Below, piece by piece: positions 27,213 through 36,844 of a stretch of DNA of 64,000 bases (the first letter of the stretch is position 1; the number at the start of each line of letters is the position of its first letter). The notes below the pieces were generated by a model. That model was not told the origin of the DNA and did not search any database. It saw only the letters and a program-made list of their open reading frames with translations. The stretch spans positions 75,817 through 139,816 of the forward strand of contig JAPLWK010000008.1 in the NCBI GenBank assembly GCA_026396615.1. Reading direction: 5' to 3'. Source of the DNA: a candidate division WWE3 bacterium. GTDB lineage: Bacteria; Patescibacteriota; WWE3; JAPLWK01. The position numbers and the translations under genes are program-made.

Positions 27213-27698
27213 TTGGAAATAACTGCCTTAAAGTGGTCGGCCCCCAGTCGGCCTTTTAAGAAATTAAATAAAAAATACTACTCAACAATTGGAATTTTAG
27301 TACTAGCTGCCTGCTTGGTCTTTTTGGCGGCCGGTCAATTTGCGCTCATTGCTGTGCTATTTGCGGTGTTATTTGCCAACTACGTCCTGGCTAACGTTGA
27401 GCCTGGGATAATTCATCACGAAATTAATGACCGCGGCATCAGCTATGACGGCACTATTTACCTGTGGGACGACTTAAAAAGCTTTGGCTTTAAACATAAA
27501 GATGGCTATACTTTGCTTTTAGTTAACACTAAAGCCATGTTCCCCGGTCAACTTACGCTAATATTGCAGCAAATTGACTTAGAAGAAGTGAAGCAAGTGC
27601 TAATAACTCATTTGCCTTTTGAAGAACGCTTAAGCAATCCCACCTTCTTTGAGAAGATCAGCCACCGCTTCTCAACCATGCTCGCGCTCGACAAATAA
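27213..27698 (+). CDS. hypothetical membrane protein (two TM)
   Basis: RBS AGGAGGTGA 6 nt upstream. Hydrophobic helices at aa 20-60. No recognizable domain. Confidence 0.4.
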   Translation: MEITALKWSAPSRPFKKLNKKYYSTIGILVLAACLVFLAAGQFALIAVLFAVLFANYVLANVEPGIIHHEINDRGISYDGTIYLWDDLKSFGFKHKDGYTLLLVNTKAMFPGQLTLILQQIDLEEVKQVLITHLPFEERLSNPTFFEKISHRFSTMLALDK

Positions 27699-27722
27699 GG
27701 CTTTTGAGGGTATAACCACTTT

Positions 27723-27754
27723 GTCATTCCGGGCTTGACCCGGAATCCAGTAAC
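27723..27754 (+). repeat. hairpin repeat type A, solo copy
   Basis: Exact consensus 25 nt after the stop of the 27213 gene. Confidence 0.8.
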
Positions 27755-27825
27755 CGGTTAAAATTTTCAATCGATTTTTAAATATTGATTAAAAATTAAG
27801 AATTAAAAATTAAAAATTCCGATCT

Positions 27826-27901
27826 GCGCTCGTAGCTTAATGGATAGAGCATTAGCTTGCGGAGCTAACGGTTGCGCGTTCGAATCGCGCCGAGCGCACC
27901 A
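27826..27901 (+). tRNA. tRNA-Arg(GCG), CCA encoded
   Basis: Cloverleaf with acceptor GCGCTCG/CGAGCGC, D-stem GCTT/GAGC, anticodon stem TTAGC/GCTAA, loop TTGCGGA (anticodon GCG, G37), and T-loop TTCGAAT. Confidence 0.75.
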
Positions 27902-27907
27902 CGTTTT

Positions 27908-27936
27908 TTGACTACCATCTAAAAAAGGCGTATAAT
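27908..27936 (+). promoter_or_regulatory. consensus sigma70 promoter for ssrA: TTGACT-17 nt-TATAAT
   Basis: Perfect -10, near-perfect -35, and 17-bp spacer, about 24 nt upstream of the mature tmRNA 5' end. Confidence 0.6.
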
Positions 27937-27960
27937 GGTTCCCAGGCACTTTAAAAACAT

Positions 27961-28330
27961 GGGGACGACGGGTCTAGACTAGATTCTGTCGATTACCTGT
28001 TGCAAGCCCAGCCAAGTTAACTGGTAAAACTGACTTAAAACATAATTGCTGACAAAACAGCTACTGTTCCCGCTTACGCCTACGCTAACGTGTATGCTTA
28101 AGTTTTCGAACCGTTCTTAAGAGTGATTTTTCCTAGGTGATCGCTTAAGGGCGTAATAAAATCTGGGATCGGGGGTTCTACCGGTGAGTAGAACTTTTTA
28201 GGCATTATTCACCACTGGCTTACTTTGTTTGTTGATTTAAAGGAGTAAGTTTTATCTAAAAATCATCTATGCTTGTAGATACGGGAGTCAAAGCTTTAGG
28301 ACGAGGGTTCAACTCCCTCCGTCTCCACCA
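27961..28330 (+). ncRNA. ssrA: tmRNA (SsrA), 370 nt
   Basis: The 5' GGGGACG pairs with the 3' CGUCUCC-A-CCA, including the G3:U70 alanine identity pair. The 3' GGACGAGGGTTCAACTCCCTCCGTCTCCACCA is a tRNA-like T-arm and acceptor. The internal tag ORF is gct gac aaa aca gct act gtt ccc gct tac gcc tac gct aac gtg tat gct taa (ADKTATVPAYAYANVYA*). Confidence 0.85.
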
Positions 28331-28437
28331 AAAAATCTTAGTGAAGTGCCTTAGTAGGCACTGAACTTAGAGTTTTTGAGTGCCCTCCGTAGCTTTAGCG
28401 GAGGAGGGCGGGTGTAAAACTAAACTTAAGAAAAAAA

Positions 28438-28470
28438 AGAAAATCCTCCACTCGGGGGATTTTTTAGTTT
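28438..28470. terminator. bidirectional rho-independent terminator (ATCCTCC-ACTC-GGGGGAT flanked by A-run and T-run)
   Basis: AAAAAAAAGAAAATCCTCCACTCGGGGGATTTTTTAG sits between ssrA (+) and the RDD gene (-). Confidence 0.55.
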
Positions 28471-28487
28471 CTTAAGACTTGTGATCC

Positions 28488-29348
28488 TTATGTCCGACTA
28501 TCTCGCCAAATCACCTCGCAGTTTTGCTTCAGCATATTAAAATTACTACATTTTCCATCCCCCTGGCCGGTAAAACCACCATCAGGAGAACAAATCATCT
28601 TTCCATTAAAATCATAAACTCGGCTCGGAACGTCACAACAGTGAGCCGGCTGATAAATCACAGTTTGACCGTTGTACAGGCATTTTAACAGTGCCGCTGG
28701 TGGGTTGGCCACCGGAGCAGCCGCTTCGGAAGCAATCAGATTTGTAAGCCACGGCGACTGCGGTGTTTGATTTTTTCCAGGAAAGGTACTTTCTATTTTT
28801 AGAACTAATTTCCCCAAGTCATCTCTTAACACTTGATTGTTTACTAAACTTTGATAACTCCCATACCAACCACCAACGTTCGTCACTAAAAGTACCAGCA
28901 CCACCAAAATTCCCAGCGGCCATAGTGGGCGTTTTCGAACCACTGAAGAACCAACTAACAAATCGTGCCAAGCCAAACGTTCCTTTCGCAAGGTCCAAAA
29001 GAAGCCCAAGCAAAAAAGGGCGGCCGACAGAACATACCCTACTGTATAACGAAGCAGTGACGTTGCTAAAGACAGATGTTTATTGTCGATGTCACAAATT
29101 TCTATCCCCACCAAAAGCTTTCCTAAAGTGCCGCCAAAGAAATGCGTAAATAAAACCCGATAAACCAGGACTAACCCGATATCGTTAAGAATCACAATTC
29201 CAAAAATAGTTAGAGAGCTGGTAAGGAGCTTTACTAAATTTGGCTGATTTAGAAAAACTAAATAAAACGCCCCCATATTTATAAGGCCAAAAAGTAAGGC
29301 GTCAATTATTCGGGCCAAGAGCCGTTCCCAAAAAGTGGCTTTGATCAT
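28488..29348 (-). CDS. RDD-family membrane protein with C-terminal Cys-rich extracytoplasmic tail
   Basis: WERLLARIIDALLFGLIN...R..D topology of the RDD family, with three TM helices. Confidence 0.5.
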   Translation of the reverse strand: MIKATFWERLLARIIDALLFGLINMGAFYLVFLNQPNLVKLLTSSLTIFGIVILNDIGLVLVYRVLFTHFFGGTLGKLLVGIEICDIDNKHLSLATSLLRYTVGYVLSAALFCLGFFWTLRKERLAWHDLLVGSSVVRKRPLWPLGILVVLVLLVTNVGGWYGSYQSLVNNQVLRDDLGKLVLKIESTFPGKNQTPQSPWLTNLIASEAAAPVANPPAALLKCLYNGQTVIYQPAHCCDVPSRVYDFNGKMICSPDGGFTGQGDGKCSNFNMLKQNCEVIWRDSRT

Positions 29349-30298
29349 TTAACCTCCTTAGGTTCCTTCAAATCTTTAAAAAGCGTTGACCAAGTAGCAT
29401 ATTTAAAAGCGGTGAAGATGCCCAGCCCTAGCGTCACGATGGTCAAAAGAGCCAGTCCCAAAATCACAAATACCGGTATCAGTAGCCAACCAACGACTGG
29501 TATCAAACTAAAAACTATTAAAATCAAAATGACTACGGTCGAAATTGGTACGAGTACGCACCCCAGACCACAACCCAGTAAAGTGTTAACAAGACCAATC
29601 AGCAAGGTCGACGACAAATTCTTCCAAAACATTTTAAAACCCTCTTTAAAGGCCGCCCACCAGCCTAAATTATGAATAACGATTAAGCGTTCGCCCCACA
29701 AACTAGCCACACCAGTAAAGAAACCGCCGATCACAACAGCCAGTATCCCCGAAATCAGAACCAAAAATCCGAGGAAGGTTGCCTGTCGTGAAACAATTAG
29801 AATTGCCCCAATTCCCCCAATTGCCCCTAAAGCAAAGAGGAGCAGAAGTTTCGGGAGAAAGCTCAGGGCCGCCAAACTCTTCCAACTTTTTTTACCCCAA
29901 TGAGAAATTTCCGGAAAACCAACTTTAGTGCCGTTAAGTGCTTCATAGGTGCCTCCAATTAGGGCCCCGACCGCGAAACTGCGAATTAATAAAGCGACGG
30001 CGATACCAACCACAATCGCGATGACGACGGCGACAGCGACAAAGACCCAAGTCGTCATTGGAATCTGTTTAAGCAAACCTAAGATGATATTGCTTAAAGA
30101 TGAAAATGTTGATTCAACATTCTTAAGTGACGCTGACGCTGATGAAGAACCGGTCTGTGACTTACCAAAATTACTAAAATTACCACCGGAAAATCCAGTC
30201 CCGCCGGTCACCGCCATGACGAGGACCCCAATTACCCACAGGACTTTATTGTTCTTAACCGCTTGCCAAGCGCGTTTATAAACACTACCTAAATCCAT
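29345..30298 (-). CDS. hypothetical polytopic membrane protein
   Basis: At least 6 TM helices. Translationally coupled (4-nt overlap) to the RDD gene. Confidence 0.4.
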   Translation of the reverse strand: MDLGSVYKRAWQAVKNNKVLWVIGVLVMAVTGGTGFSGGNFSNFGKSQTGSSSASASLKNVESTFSSLSNIILGLLKQIPMTTWVFVAVAVVIAIVVGIAVALLIRSFAVGALIGGTYEALNGTKVGFPEISHWGKKSWKSLAALSFLPKLLLLFALGAIGGIGAILIVSRQATFLGFLVLISGILAVVIGGFFTGVASLWGERLIVIHNLGWWAAFKEGFKMFWKNLSSTLLIGLVNTLLGCGLGCVLVPISTVVILILIVFSLIPVVGWLLIPVFVILGLALLTIVTLGLGIFTAFKYATWSTLFKDLKEPKEVK

Positions 30299-30359
30299 AT
30301 CTATATATTATAACGAAACTTAATGATTTTTTCATGTCCTTCAGGTAGAATGACTAAAC

Positions 30360-30743
30360 ATGAAAAAGACTACTATTTTACTTGTTATTGCTTTAGGTTT
30401 AGTTATCGCTGGCTGGTTTTTATTGAGATCAAAAGGGAGTAGCACTCCGTCAAAGAATAGTGAAGCTTCCTCGTCTGCGATGATCCTTTTCTACGGTGAC
30501 GGCTGCCCCCATTGCAAGAACGTTGATGATTTTGTAGCTACCGTTCCCAACCTTCAAAATAAATTAGGTTACAGTCACAAAGAAGTTTTTCTGAATAAAG
30601 ACAACGCCGCCACAATGCTGGACAAAGCCAAGACTTGCAAGCTGGACACGACTCAAGGCATGGGCGTGCCATTCCTGTGGACGGGATCGGCCTGTGTTGA
30701 AGGAGACACTGATATAATTAATTTCTTTAAGAGCAAATTGTAA
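30360..30743 (+). CDS. secreted/membrane-anchored thioredoxin-fold protein (CPHC active site)
   Basis: N-terminal signal/anchor, then ILFYGDGCPHCKN, a CxxC motif in thioredoxin-like context. Confidence 0.5.
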   Translation: MKKTTILLVIALGLVIAGWFLLRSKGSSTPSKNSEASSSAMILFYGDGCPHCKNVDDFVATVPNLQNKLGYSHKEVFLNKDNAATMLDKAKTCKLDTTQGMGVPFLWTGSACVEGDTDIINFFKSKL

Positions 30744-30750
30744 AAAACAT

Positions 30751-30961
30751 GTCATTCCGGCCCCGGAGCCGGAATCCAGTAACTTCCGATTTTAGTTATC
30801 AGTTCTCGGTTGTCGGTTGTCAGAATTTAGTTGCCCAGTTTTCAGTTTGTCGGTCAAATTGACTGATTAACAGACAACTGACAAACCAACATCTGAAAAT
30901 AGAAAACTGAGAACAGATAACTTGATCGATTTACTGGATTCCGGGTCAAGCCCGGAATGAC
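30751..30961. mobile_element. MITE-like composite of 211 bp. It consists of hairpin repeat type B (30751-30783, + orientation), a 147-bp palindromic cargo (family-2 element), and hairpin repeat type A (30931-30961, inverted)
   Basis: The terminal inverted repeats are the dispersed hairpin repeat. The cargo is about 80% identical to 43581-43716. Confidence 0.45.
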
Positions 30962-30970
30962 AATATTATT

Positions 30971-31471
30971 GTGTCATTTCTAATATCACTACTTTCAACA
31001 ATCTCGACCCCAGCCTACGCCATCTGCCCCGTCTGCGTCGTGGCTGTGGGCGCCGGCATTGGACTCTCTCGCTATCTAGGTGTTGACGATACTATCACCG
31101 GACTCTGGGTCGGAGCTCTAATCGTTTCAATGATTGTAACCACGCTAGACTTTCTAAAGAAACGTCACTGGGTCTTTAAAGGCGTCGGAATCGTCATCAC
31201 TCTTGGATATTACCTTCTCGTCATCATCCCACTCTACCTAAAAGATATCATTGGCCACCCTTTTAATAGGATTTTAGGAATCGACAAATTAGTTTTCGGA
31301 ATTATCTTTGGGACTATGGCACTGATTGTTGGACCCAAAATCCACGCTTGGCTTAAAAGTCGACATGGCGATAAATCATATTTCCCCTTTCAGAAGGTCG
31401 CTGTCCCCGTCTCGCTCTTAATAATCTTAAGTGGTATATTTTATATATTCACTAAATTCTATGGAAGATAA
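30971..31471 (+). CDS. hypothetical membrane protein (4-5 TM)
   Basis: Hydrophobic profile only. Confidence 0.35.
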   Translation: MSFLISLLSTISTPAYAICPVCVVAVGAGIGLSRYLGVDDTITGLWVGALIVSMIVTTLDFLKKRHWVFKGVGIVITLGYYLLVIIPLYLKDIIGHPFNRILGIDKLVFGIIFGTMALIVGPKIHAWLKSRHGDKSYFPFQKVAVPVSLLIILSGIFYIFTKFYGR

Positions 31472-31988
31472 AAATATTGACGCCTTAATTAAAAAAATAA
31501 ACGATGCTAAAAAGCAAAATCCTCTGGACCTGTCGTCCGATGAGGATCTGTCGATTGCCATCATGAACCTGGTAAGTATAGAAGAACATCTATTCTTTAC
31601 CGCCGAAAAAACTAATCAACCCAATTATTATGACCTCTTAAACGAGGTTCGCGAAATCAGAAAGTCGCTCCTAGCCAAGATTGTGACCAATCCTAAGGGA
31701 GAGGAATGGTGCATCAGCAAACATCTGCTGGCCTCCTCGATGCGGCTGATGGAAGTTGGTACCAAGCAGCTTTCTAAAGGTAATAAAGATGAGGCCTACG
31801 ACCTATTTCGCAAAGCCTACGACCTGTATTCCATGTTTTGGGGGATTAATTTAAAAGTGATTCAACCCTCAGAAGTAAAGAAAATTGACGAAACGGCCAT
31901 TAGCAAATCCGACCCCACCCCATCTGCCGGTTTCACCGGCAAACTCGGCGACCTCGTCCGCAGAGCCATTAATTGCTGTATCGAGTAA
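31461..31988 (+). CDS. hypothetical cytoplasmic protein
   Basis: The likely start is MEDKNIDALIKK. No recognizable domain. Confidence 0.3.
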   Translation: MEDKNIDALIKKINDAKKQNPLDLSSDEDLSIAIMNLVSIEEHLFFTAEKTNQPNYYDLLNEVREIRKSLLAKIVTNPKGEEWCISKHLLASSMRLMEVGTKQLSKGNKDEAYDLFRKAYDLYSMFWGINLKVIQPSEVKKIDETAISKSDPTPSAGFTGKLGDLVRRAINCCIE

Positions 31989-32004
31989 ACACCTCCGTAA
32001 TTAT

Positions 32005-32036
32005 GTCATTCCGGGCTTGACCCGGAATCCAGTAAC
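32005..32036 (+). repeat. hairpin repeat type A, solo copy
   Basis: Exact consensus 17 nt after the stop at 31988. It is followed by the GCATGC-apex palindrome at 32049-32076. Confidence 0.8.
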
Positions 32037-32111
32037 CGAAAATTACATGTAGAGACGCAGCATGCTGTGTCTCTACAATTATTTTTGGCTGCGCCACGTT
32101 AGATCTTTACG

Positions 32112-32202
32112 TGGCGGAGGGGGTGGGATTCGAACCCACGTGCCCCTTGCGGGACGCTTAGTTTTCGAGACTAGCCCATTGTGACCACTTTGGTACCCCT
32201 CC
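32112..32202 (-). tRNA. tRNA-Ser(CGA), type II, CCA encoded
   Basis: The reverse complement folds with acceptor GGAGGGG/CCCCTCC, G73, D-stem CCA/TGG, anticodon loop CTCGAAA, a long variable arm, and T-loop GGTTCGAATCC. Coordinates are within ±2 nt. Confidence 0.7.
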
Positions 32203-32243
32203 GCGTAACCTGTATTTTAGCACTGATCTGCTAAAATGAGGCC

Positions 32244-34001
32244 ATGGATACGAAGGAATCACCCATTAAAGAAATTAAATCGAAGATTTCAATTGTTGAT
32301 CTTGTCTCTTCCTACGTCCCCCTAAAAAAATCCGGCCGAAATTACAAGGGCTTATGCCCTTTTCACAACGAGAAGACCCCATCTTTCATGGTCAACCCCG
32401 ATCTTGGCATGTTTAAATGTTTCGGTTGCGACGCCCACGGCGATCAGTTTGAGTTTATTCAGCAAGTCGAAGGAGTGGATTTTCCGGAAGCCTTAAAGAT
32501 TTTAGGCCAAAAGACGGGAGTGGAAGTTAAGAACTTTAAAAGTTCCGAGGACGCAACTCGGTCATCGCAGCGTGACCGTTACCTCGCCATCAACAGCCAA
32601 GCCGCCGAATTCTTTCACTTTATTTTAACCAAACATAAAATCGGAGCGGAAGCCTTAGAGTACCTTCATAAACGTGACGTTAGCGACACAACTATTAATG
32701 AGTTTAAACTCGGTTATGCCCCCAATTCCTGGCACAGTCTAGCCGATTTTCTAAACAAAAAAGGCAAACGGCCGGAAGAAATTATTGGCGTGGGCCTATC
32801 AATCCTCGGTGACAATGGCCGGGCGCATGATCGCTTCCGCGGCCGCGTCATGATCCCCTTCTTTAACTTAAGCAACGAAGTCATCGGCTTTACCGGGCGG
32901 ACTCTGCTCCCGGGTGAAGAAGCCAAGTATGTTAATTCACCCGAGTCGCCGGTTTTTAGCAAGAGCAATTTTTTATTCGGTTTAAATGCCGCGCGTCTGG
33001 AAATTAAAAAAAGCGACCTGGCTATCATTGTGGAAGGCCAAATGGATTTTTTAACGCCTTTTCAAGCCGGTTTTAAAAACATTGTCGCTAGCGGCGGAAC
33101 GGCATTGACACTGGGACAACTCAACCTGCTAGGACGATATACCAAAAACTTGGCCCTCTGTTTTGATGGTGACAAAGCTGGTGAAATGGCCATGCGGAGG
33201 GCGATTAACCTCTGCGAGGAAAAAGGCTTTAACGTTAAATTAATTATTTTGCCCAAAGAGTTTAAGGATCCGGATGAATGCGTCCGTCATGACCCGGAAA
33301 TTTTTAAAAAAGCCGTCAATGATGCTTTAAACGCCTATGATTTTTACTTCGTTAGTGCCGCTAAAAGATTTGATTTAAATTCGGCCGTTGGCAAAAAAGA
33401 AGCTAGTAATTTTCTACTTCCGATCATTAAAGAAATCCCGAGTATCATTGAACAGGCTCACTACATTCAAAAAGCGGCCGACGTGCTTAAAGTGTTGCCG
33501 GAAGTTATTAGTCGCGCTTTACAATCAACCGCTGTTAAAGTTGATCGGGATTTTAAGGATGATCACCAAGCAATCAGTGTTAGCCGCGGAGTGGCTGGTC
33601 GGGAAGAATTTCTCCTATCGACGCTTCTCAAGGCCCCTATTAACGATATTTTGCCGATTATTGATGAACTTGCCAAAAAAGACTTTAGTGAAAATAATCA
33701 GAGCCGTTTTGAATACCTTAAAGAACACTTGCTGCTGGAACCCGATATGGATATAACGGAATTTGTGACCCAAAGCCTGGAACCGGATTATTGGCAAAAC
33801 CTGTTATTGCTGGATAGTGGCGACTTTAAATTGGAAATACTGCTGGATTTGGTAAAGTATCTTAAAAAAGAGGCCCTTAATACTCGGCTGCGGGAACTGG
33901 GCGGTAAAATCAAGACCGCCGAAGTAGCCAGTGACAAAGATAAAGTGGCTGAATTGCGTTTGGAGAGCAAGGAAATATATGATAAAATCGGCTCATTATG
34001 A
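32244..34001 (+). CDS. dnaG: DNA primase DnaG
   Basis: [30 protein letters not shown] is the CHC2 zinc finger, and EGQMDFL is from the TOPRIM domain. Confidence 0.9.
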   Translation: MDTKESPIKEIKSKISIVDLVSSYVPLKKSGRNYKGLCPFHNEKTPSFMVNPDLGMFKCFGCDAHGDQFEFIQQVEGVDFPEALKILGQKTGVEVKNFKSSEDATRSSQRDRYLAINSQAAEFFHFILTKHKIGAEALEYLHKRDVSDTTINEFKLGYAPNSWHSLADFLNKKGKRPEEIIGVGLSILGDNGRAHDRFRGRVMIPFFNLSNEVIGFTGRTLLPGEEAKYVNSPESPVFSKSNFLFGLNAARLEIKKSDLAIIVEGQMDFLTPFQAGFKNIVASGGTALTLGQLNLLGRYTKNLALCFDGDKAGEMAMRRAINLCEEKGFNVKLIILPKEFKDPDECVRHDPEIFKKAVNDALNAYDFYFVSAAKRFDLNSAVGKKEASNFLLPIIKEIPSIIEQAHYIQKAADVLKVLPEVISRALQSTAVKVDRDFKDDHQAISVSRGVAGREEFLLSTLLKAPINDILPIIDELAKKDFSENNQSRFEYLKEHLLLEPDMDITEFVTQSLEPDYWQNLLLLDSGDFKLEILLDLVKYLKKEALNTRLRELGGKIKTAEVASDKDKVAELRLESKEIYDKIGSL

Positions 34002-35089
34002 ATATTTCTAAAATTCCGGGGTTAGAGAAGCTCATTACCAAAGGCAAGAAACAGGGCTACGTGACCCAAGAAGAAATATTTAAGATTTTCCCGGCCGCCG
34101 AGGACGACCTCGAAACCTTAGACGCCATGTATACCAAGCTCATAAGCCTTGGGATTGACGTTTTTGAGGACTTGGAAAGTGCTAAGGGCAAAGAAAGTAA
34201 AAAAGAAATTCTCTCCGAAAAAGAGCTCCAGTCGGCAGCGCCACTTGATAAAGCCGTCAGTAATGACCCGGTGCGGATGTACCTGCGGGAAATTGGCCGC
34301 GTGCCTCTAATTGATAAAGCCGGTGAAGTCGCTTTGGCTAAAAGAGTCGAAAAAAATGATCAGGAAGCCGTCCATGATCTGATTCGGGCTAATTTGCGGC
34401 TAGTCGTCTCCATTGCTAAAAAATACATGAACCGCGGCATGGTTTTCCTTGATTTAATTGAAGAGGGTAATTTGGGCTTAATGAGAGCTGTGCAAAAATT
34501 CGACTGGCGTCGTGGTTATAAATTTAGCACTTACGCAACTTGGTGGATTCGTCAAGCCATTACTCGGGCCATTGCCGACCAAGCCCGAACGATTCGAATT
34601 CCGGTCCACATGATTGAAACGATCAACAAATATCGCCGGGCCGAACGGGAACTATCTCAAAAACTGGAAAGAGAACCTAAAGTGGAAGAAATTGCTAAAG
34701 CGGCCGGTCTTGAGTTATTCCGAGCTAAAGAAATCGTTAAAATGCTCAACCAGGAGCCAACTTCTCTAGAAACGCCGGTTGGTAAAGAAGAAGATAGCCG
34801 CTTAAAAGAATTTATCCCGGATGATGATTTGTCGTCTTCCCCGGAAGCTTCGGCTAGCTTTGAGTTATTAAAAGAGCAATTAAAAGAAGTGCTGGACACT
34901 CTGGGTGAGCGGGAAAAGAAAGTGTTGCGGCTGCGCTTTGGGATTGACGATGGTCGTAACCGAACGCTGGAAGAAGTTGGTAAGCAGTTCGGGGTCACTC
35001 GGGAAAGAATTCGGCAGATTGAAGCTAAAGCTCTTCGCAAGTTACGGCACCCTAGTCGTGCGAAAAAACTCAGGGACTATCTAGCGTAA
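33998..35089 (+). CDS. rpoD: RNA polymerase sigma factor RpoD (sigma-70)
   Basis: Region 2.4 is [29 protein letters not shown], and region 4.2 is [29 protein letters not shown]. It overlaps dnaG by 4 nt. Confidence 0.9.
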   Translation: MNISKIPGLEKLITKGKKQGYVTQEEIFKIFPAAEDDLETLDAMYTKLISLGIDVFEDLESAKGKESKKEILSEKELQSAAPLDKAVSNDPVRMYLREIGRVPLIDKAGEVALAKRVEKNDQEAVHDLIRANLRLVVSIAKKYMNRGMVFLDLIEEGNLGLMRAVQKFDWRRGYKFSTYATWWIRQAITRAIADQARTIRIPVHMIETINKYRRAERELSQKLEREPKVEEIAKAAGLELFRAKEIVKMLNQEPTSLETPVGKEEDSRLKEFIPDDDLSSSPEASASFELLKEQLKEVLDTLGEREKKVLRLRFGIDDGRNRTLEEVGKQFGVTRERIRQIEAKALRKLRHPSRAKKLRDYLA

Positions 35090-35097
35090 TAAACCTT

Positions 35098-35129
35098 GTC
35101 ATTCCGGGCTTGACCCGGAATCCAGTAAC
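35098..35129 (+). repeat. hairpin repeat type A, solo copy
   Basis: Exact consensus 9 nt after the rpoD stop. Confidence 0.8.
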
Positions 35130-35144
35130 AACAAAACAACTGTA

Positions 35145-35164
35145 GGGGCGCCTTTTTGGCGCCC
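35145..35164. terminator. GC hairpin GGGCGCC-TTTTT-GGCGCCC preceded by the GTAGGGGCG motif, between convergent rpoD and kinase genes
   Basis: Perfect 7-bp GC stem. No extended U-tract. Confidence 0.4.
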
Positions 35165-35173
35165 GCATTGAAT

Positions 35174-35776
35174 CTAAATTTTATTGTCAATAAAAATATC
35201 TGCTGCACCATCAGGTCGATACTTATTAAAAAAGTCTCGGTCATTGGGCATAAATAAATTGTCCCATATATCTGCAATTTCTGTGTTGTTATCTTTAAGC
35301 AAGTCTCGATTTTTTCCAAACTTGGTGGCAAGTTCAAGTGATAAGTTAATCCAAATTTTAAAATCAAAATAAGATACTGTTTCTGGGTGGAAAATACTAC
35401 AACCTTCGACTATTTGAAACATCTTCTTTTCCAAAGAAATAGTTATTTCAGCTTTTACACCTGGCCAAAAAGCACTATCGTAAATTATTGGCCAAATATT
35501 TTTCTTCGCAGGATCTATAACTTCTTCGATTAGCCTTTTTCGATTAAAATTACTCCAGTCGCTATCTCTACGCCACGGAAATTGGGAACTAAAGGAATCA
35601 ATTGAAACAATATTACAATTACCTAATCTGTCTGCAAGTTCCCTTGCAAGCGTGCTTTTACCGGACCCACCGAAACCAGAGATACCAATAATATATAAAT
35701 CTTTACCAGCACTTTCTGTAGTAATTTTTGTGATAGCTTCTGAAATATCAAACATGCTTAAATTATATACGCTCAA
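35174..35776 (-). CDS. P-loop NTPase, uridine-kinase/PRK-family-like nucleoside kinase
   Basis: The Walker A is YIIGISGFGGSGKSTLARELA. The size (200 aa) matches the PRK/uridine kinase fold. Confidence 0.5.
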   Translation of the reverse strand: MSVYNLSMFDISEAITKITTESAGKDLYIIGISGFGGSGKSTLARELADRLGNCNIVSIDSFSSQFPWRRDSDWSNFNRKRLIEEVIDPAKKNIWPIIYDSAFWPGVKAEITISLEKKMFQIVEGCSIFHPETVSYFDFKIWINLSLELATKFGKNRDLLKDNNTEIADIWDNLFMPNDRDFFNKYRPDGAADIFIDNKI

Positions 35777-35830
35777 AAATCTTAAATAATTGCGGGCGGG
35801 AAAACCCCGCCCCTACGATCGGAATCGTTT

Positions 35831-36826
35831 TTAGTTATTGTAACTGGATTCCGGCTCAGGGGCCGGAATGACATGCCTAACAGCTTCCCAATATTCAGGG
35901 TGTCCTTGTGATTTGGCCCACAGCCACCACTCCACTCCCCACAAATAAACCCGCGAATAATTGCTGGCCGAAATATAATGCAAACTTTTAGTAAACTGCT
36001 CAATACTTAAAATCTTTGTTTGATCGGCGATTGACAGGCCAGTAAGTCCATTTTGACCCCAGGGCTCCATTTGCAGTTCCGTCGCCCAAACTTTTTCTGG
36101 AACCCAACCTGTTAAATACCCTTTTAGATAGTAGTAAACTAGCGGAAATTTTAAATTAACGTAACCCAAAGTCTGGTTATAAGCCTGGCGATAAATACTA
36201 ATTCCTAAAATGTCCGCTGACCCTTTTAGAGGCCTCCACGGACCCCATTCTCCGGAATCCGTGATAACAACTAGACGTGTAGGGTCGAGTGACCGCACGT
36301 AATCAGCCTCGACCTTAAGATCGGCCGCGGTTGATGTCCCACAACTGCCAAAATTAAATAAAGGCTCATTTTCCACCTGCCAAGCAATGACTAGCGGATT
36401 ATTTTTGTAACGATTAACGACCGCTTGGTACATTTTAAATAAAGATGTCCGGTCACCCCACGCTGGTTGGTAACATTCCGGCCAGCGCGGCGCTTTCTTG
36501 CCCATGGCGAGTAGTATCGTGGCATTGCGAGAACTTGCTTCTTTGACCTCGTAATCCAGTTCTGAAAAGTCGTAATGACCTGGAGATAATTCGATCTGAT
36601 CCCAATACGCCACTAGCCTTAGATTTCGAACCTTGAGATCGTCAAGGACATCCTTGTAGGCCTTTTTCCAGTCTAAGCCCAAATAAGTGGCATACTGCGG
36701 CGTAAAAGTGACTCCAAAAATTGGAGGGTTTGCCGGAGCGGAGAAATAATTTAAATAAAGAAGATAAATTCCAAAGATACTAAAGATTGCGATGATTCCA
36801 ATGATTAACTTCCGACGGATAGTCAC
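35831..36826 (-). CDS. membrane-anchored glycoside hydrolase, GH5/GH113-like TIM barrel
   Basis: An N-terminal TM anchor is present. WQVENEPLF contains the NEP acid/base motif of clan GH-A. The C-terminal 13 aa (VIPAPEPESSYNN) are encoded by hairpin repeat copy 35840-35872. Confidence 0.45.
   Translation of the reverse strand: MTIRRKLIIGIIAIFSIFGIYLLYLNYFSAPANPPIFGVTFTPQYATYLGLDWKKAYKDVLDDLKVRNLRLVAYWDQIELSPGHYDFSELDYEVKEASSRNATILLAMGKKAPRWPECYQPAWGDRTSLFKMYQAVVNRYKNNPLVIAWQVENEPLFNFGSCGTSTAADLKVEADYVRSLDPTRLVVITDSGEWGPWRPLKGSADILGISIYRQAYNQTLGYVNLKFPLVYYYLKGYLTGWVPEKVWATELQMEPWGQNGLTGLSIADQTKILSIEQFTKSLHYISASNYSRVYLWGVEWWLWAKSQGHPEYWEAVRHVIPAPEPESSYNN
35840..35872 (-). repeat. hairpin repeat type B (centre CCCCTGAGC), solo copy, translated as the C-terminal tail of the GH5-like protein
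   Basis: Reverse complement of GTAACTGGATTCCGGCTCAGGGGCCGGAATGAC. Confidence 0.75.
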
Positions 36827-36844
36827 CCTTTAATATTAGTGTTT

